This document shows positions 63,355-64,000 of a stretch of DNA of 64,000 nt, piece by piece (the first letter of the stretch is position 1; the number at the start of each line of letters is the position of its first letter). This DNA is from Mobula hypostoma (taxonomy: Eukaryota). The stretch lies in NCBI RefSeq assembly GCF_963921235.1, contig NC_086097.1, positions 57,476,001 to 57,540,000 of the forward strand, given 5' to 3'. The notes under the pieces are model-generated. The model saw only the letters and a list, made by a program, of their open reading frames with translations. It ran no database searches and had not been told where the DNA came from. The translations under genes were made by a program, and so were the position numbers.

Positions 63355-63742
63355 CATATGCATGTTGCCTCAGAAAAGCAGTAATCGTAATCAAAGACCC
63401 CACCCACTTTCTCTTTATCCTCTCTCCCATCAGACAGAAGATACAAAAGCCTGAAAGCACGTACCATCAGTCTCAGGAACAGGTTCTGCCCCGTTGCTAT
63501 CAGACTTATGAACTCTTGTGCTATAAAATGGACTTTTCAGAGTCTACCTCATTATGATTTGCACTTTATCATTTGTCTGCACTGCACTTTTCAGCAGCTT
63601 TTACACTTTATTCTGCATTGTTATTGTTTTACCTTATTCTAGCTTAATGCATTCTGTAATGGTTTGATCTGTATGAACAGTATGCAAGACAAGCTTTTCA
63701 CTGATTCTTGGTACAGCTGACAATAATAATCCAATACTAATA
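63355..63742 (+). mobile_element. Rex1/Babar 3' relic
   Basis: CLRKAVIVIKDPTH; typical 3'UTR. Confidence 0.75.
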
Positions 63743-63904
63743 TGTGGATCCATTTCCAAGGCATTCGGTCCACACATGAGCTCCTCTTCTCTGTTTGTAT
63801 ATCTGACTCCTTTCCTGGCATCTGATCACCTGCCCACAGACTGCAGGGGAGCAGCAGTGAATGGCGATGGCTGTCAATGCCTATGCAGCTTAAAATGAAT
63901 AACA

Positions 63905-64000
63905 CTGATACATGCTTGGACACTGGGATGTTATGTCGTAACCGTACAAAACATTGGTGAGGCCACACCTGGAATATTGCATGTGGTTCTGGTTGCCATA
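63905..64000 (+). mobile_element. CR1 RT fragment running off the window
   Basis: YKTLVRPHLEYCMWFW. Confidence 0.75.

Overview
Eukaryotic (vertebrate) intronic DNA, not prokaryotic. The repeat content (CR1 LINEs with an esterase ORF1, Rex1/Babar, L2, RTE, Penelope-like elements) suggests a cartilaginous fish, probably a ray or skate; this is an inference. Most of the window is nested, decayed transposable elements: a minus-strand Tf1/Sushi-type Ty3/Gypsy LTR retrotransposon (1-3728), many CR1 fragments (one young, 19058-21113), a Tc1 DD34E IR/DR transposon (34895-36494), mariner- and Tigger-derived non-autonomous elements, Rex1/Babar, RTE, Vingi-like and Penelope-like relics, a solo LTR and a tRNA-SINE. 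Three small + strand exons absent from the ORF track (14663-14705, 43884-43967, 62406-62596) have compatible phases and probably belong to one unidentified large-intron host gene, with CNE-like islands between them. The most notable signal is a family of short Penelope-derived insertions that each carry a minimal type I hammerhead ribozyme (CUGACGA...GAAACGUC with a palindromic ACGU helix III). One copy is an 86-bp-arm head-to-head palindrome joined at the ribozyme, and a second, unrelated hammerhead-like insertion lies at 25758-25888. The Gypsy element shows a tRNA-independent self-priming PBS. All calls were made by eye with no database searches, so boundaries of old relics are approximate.
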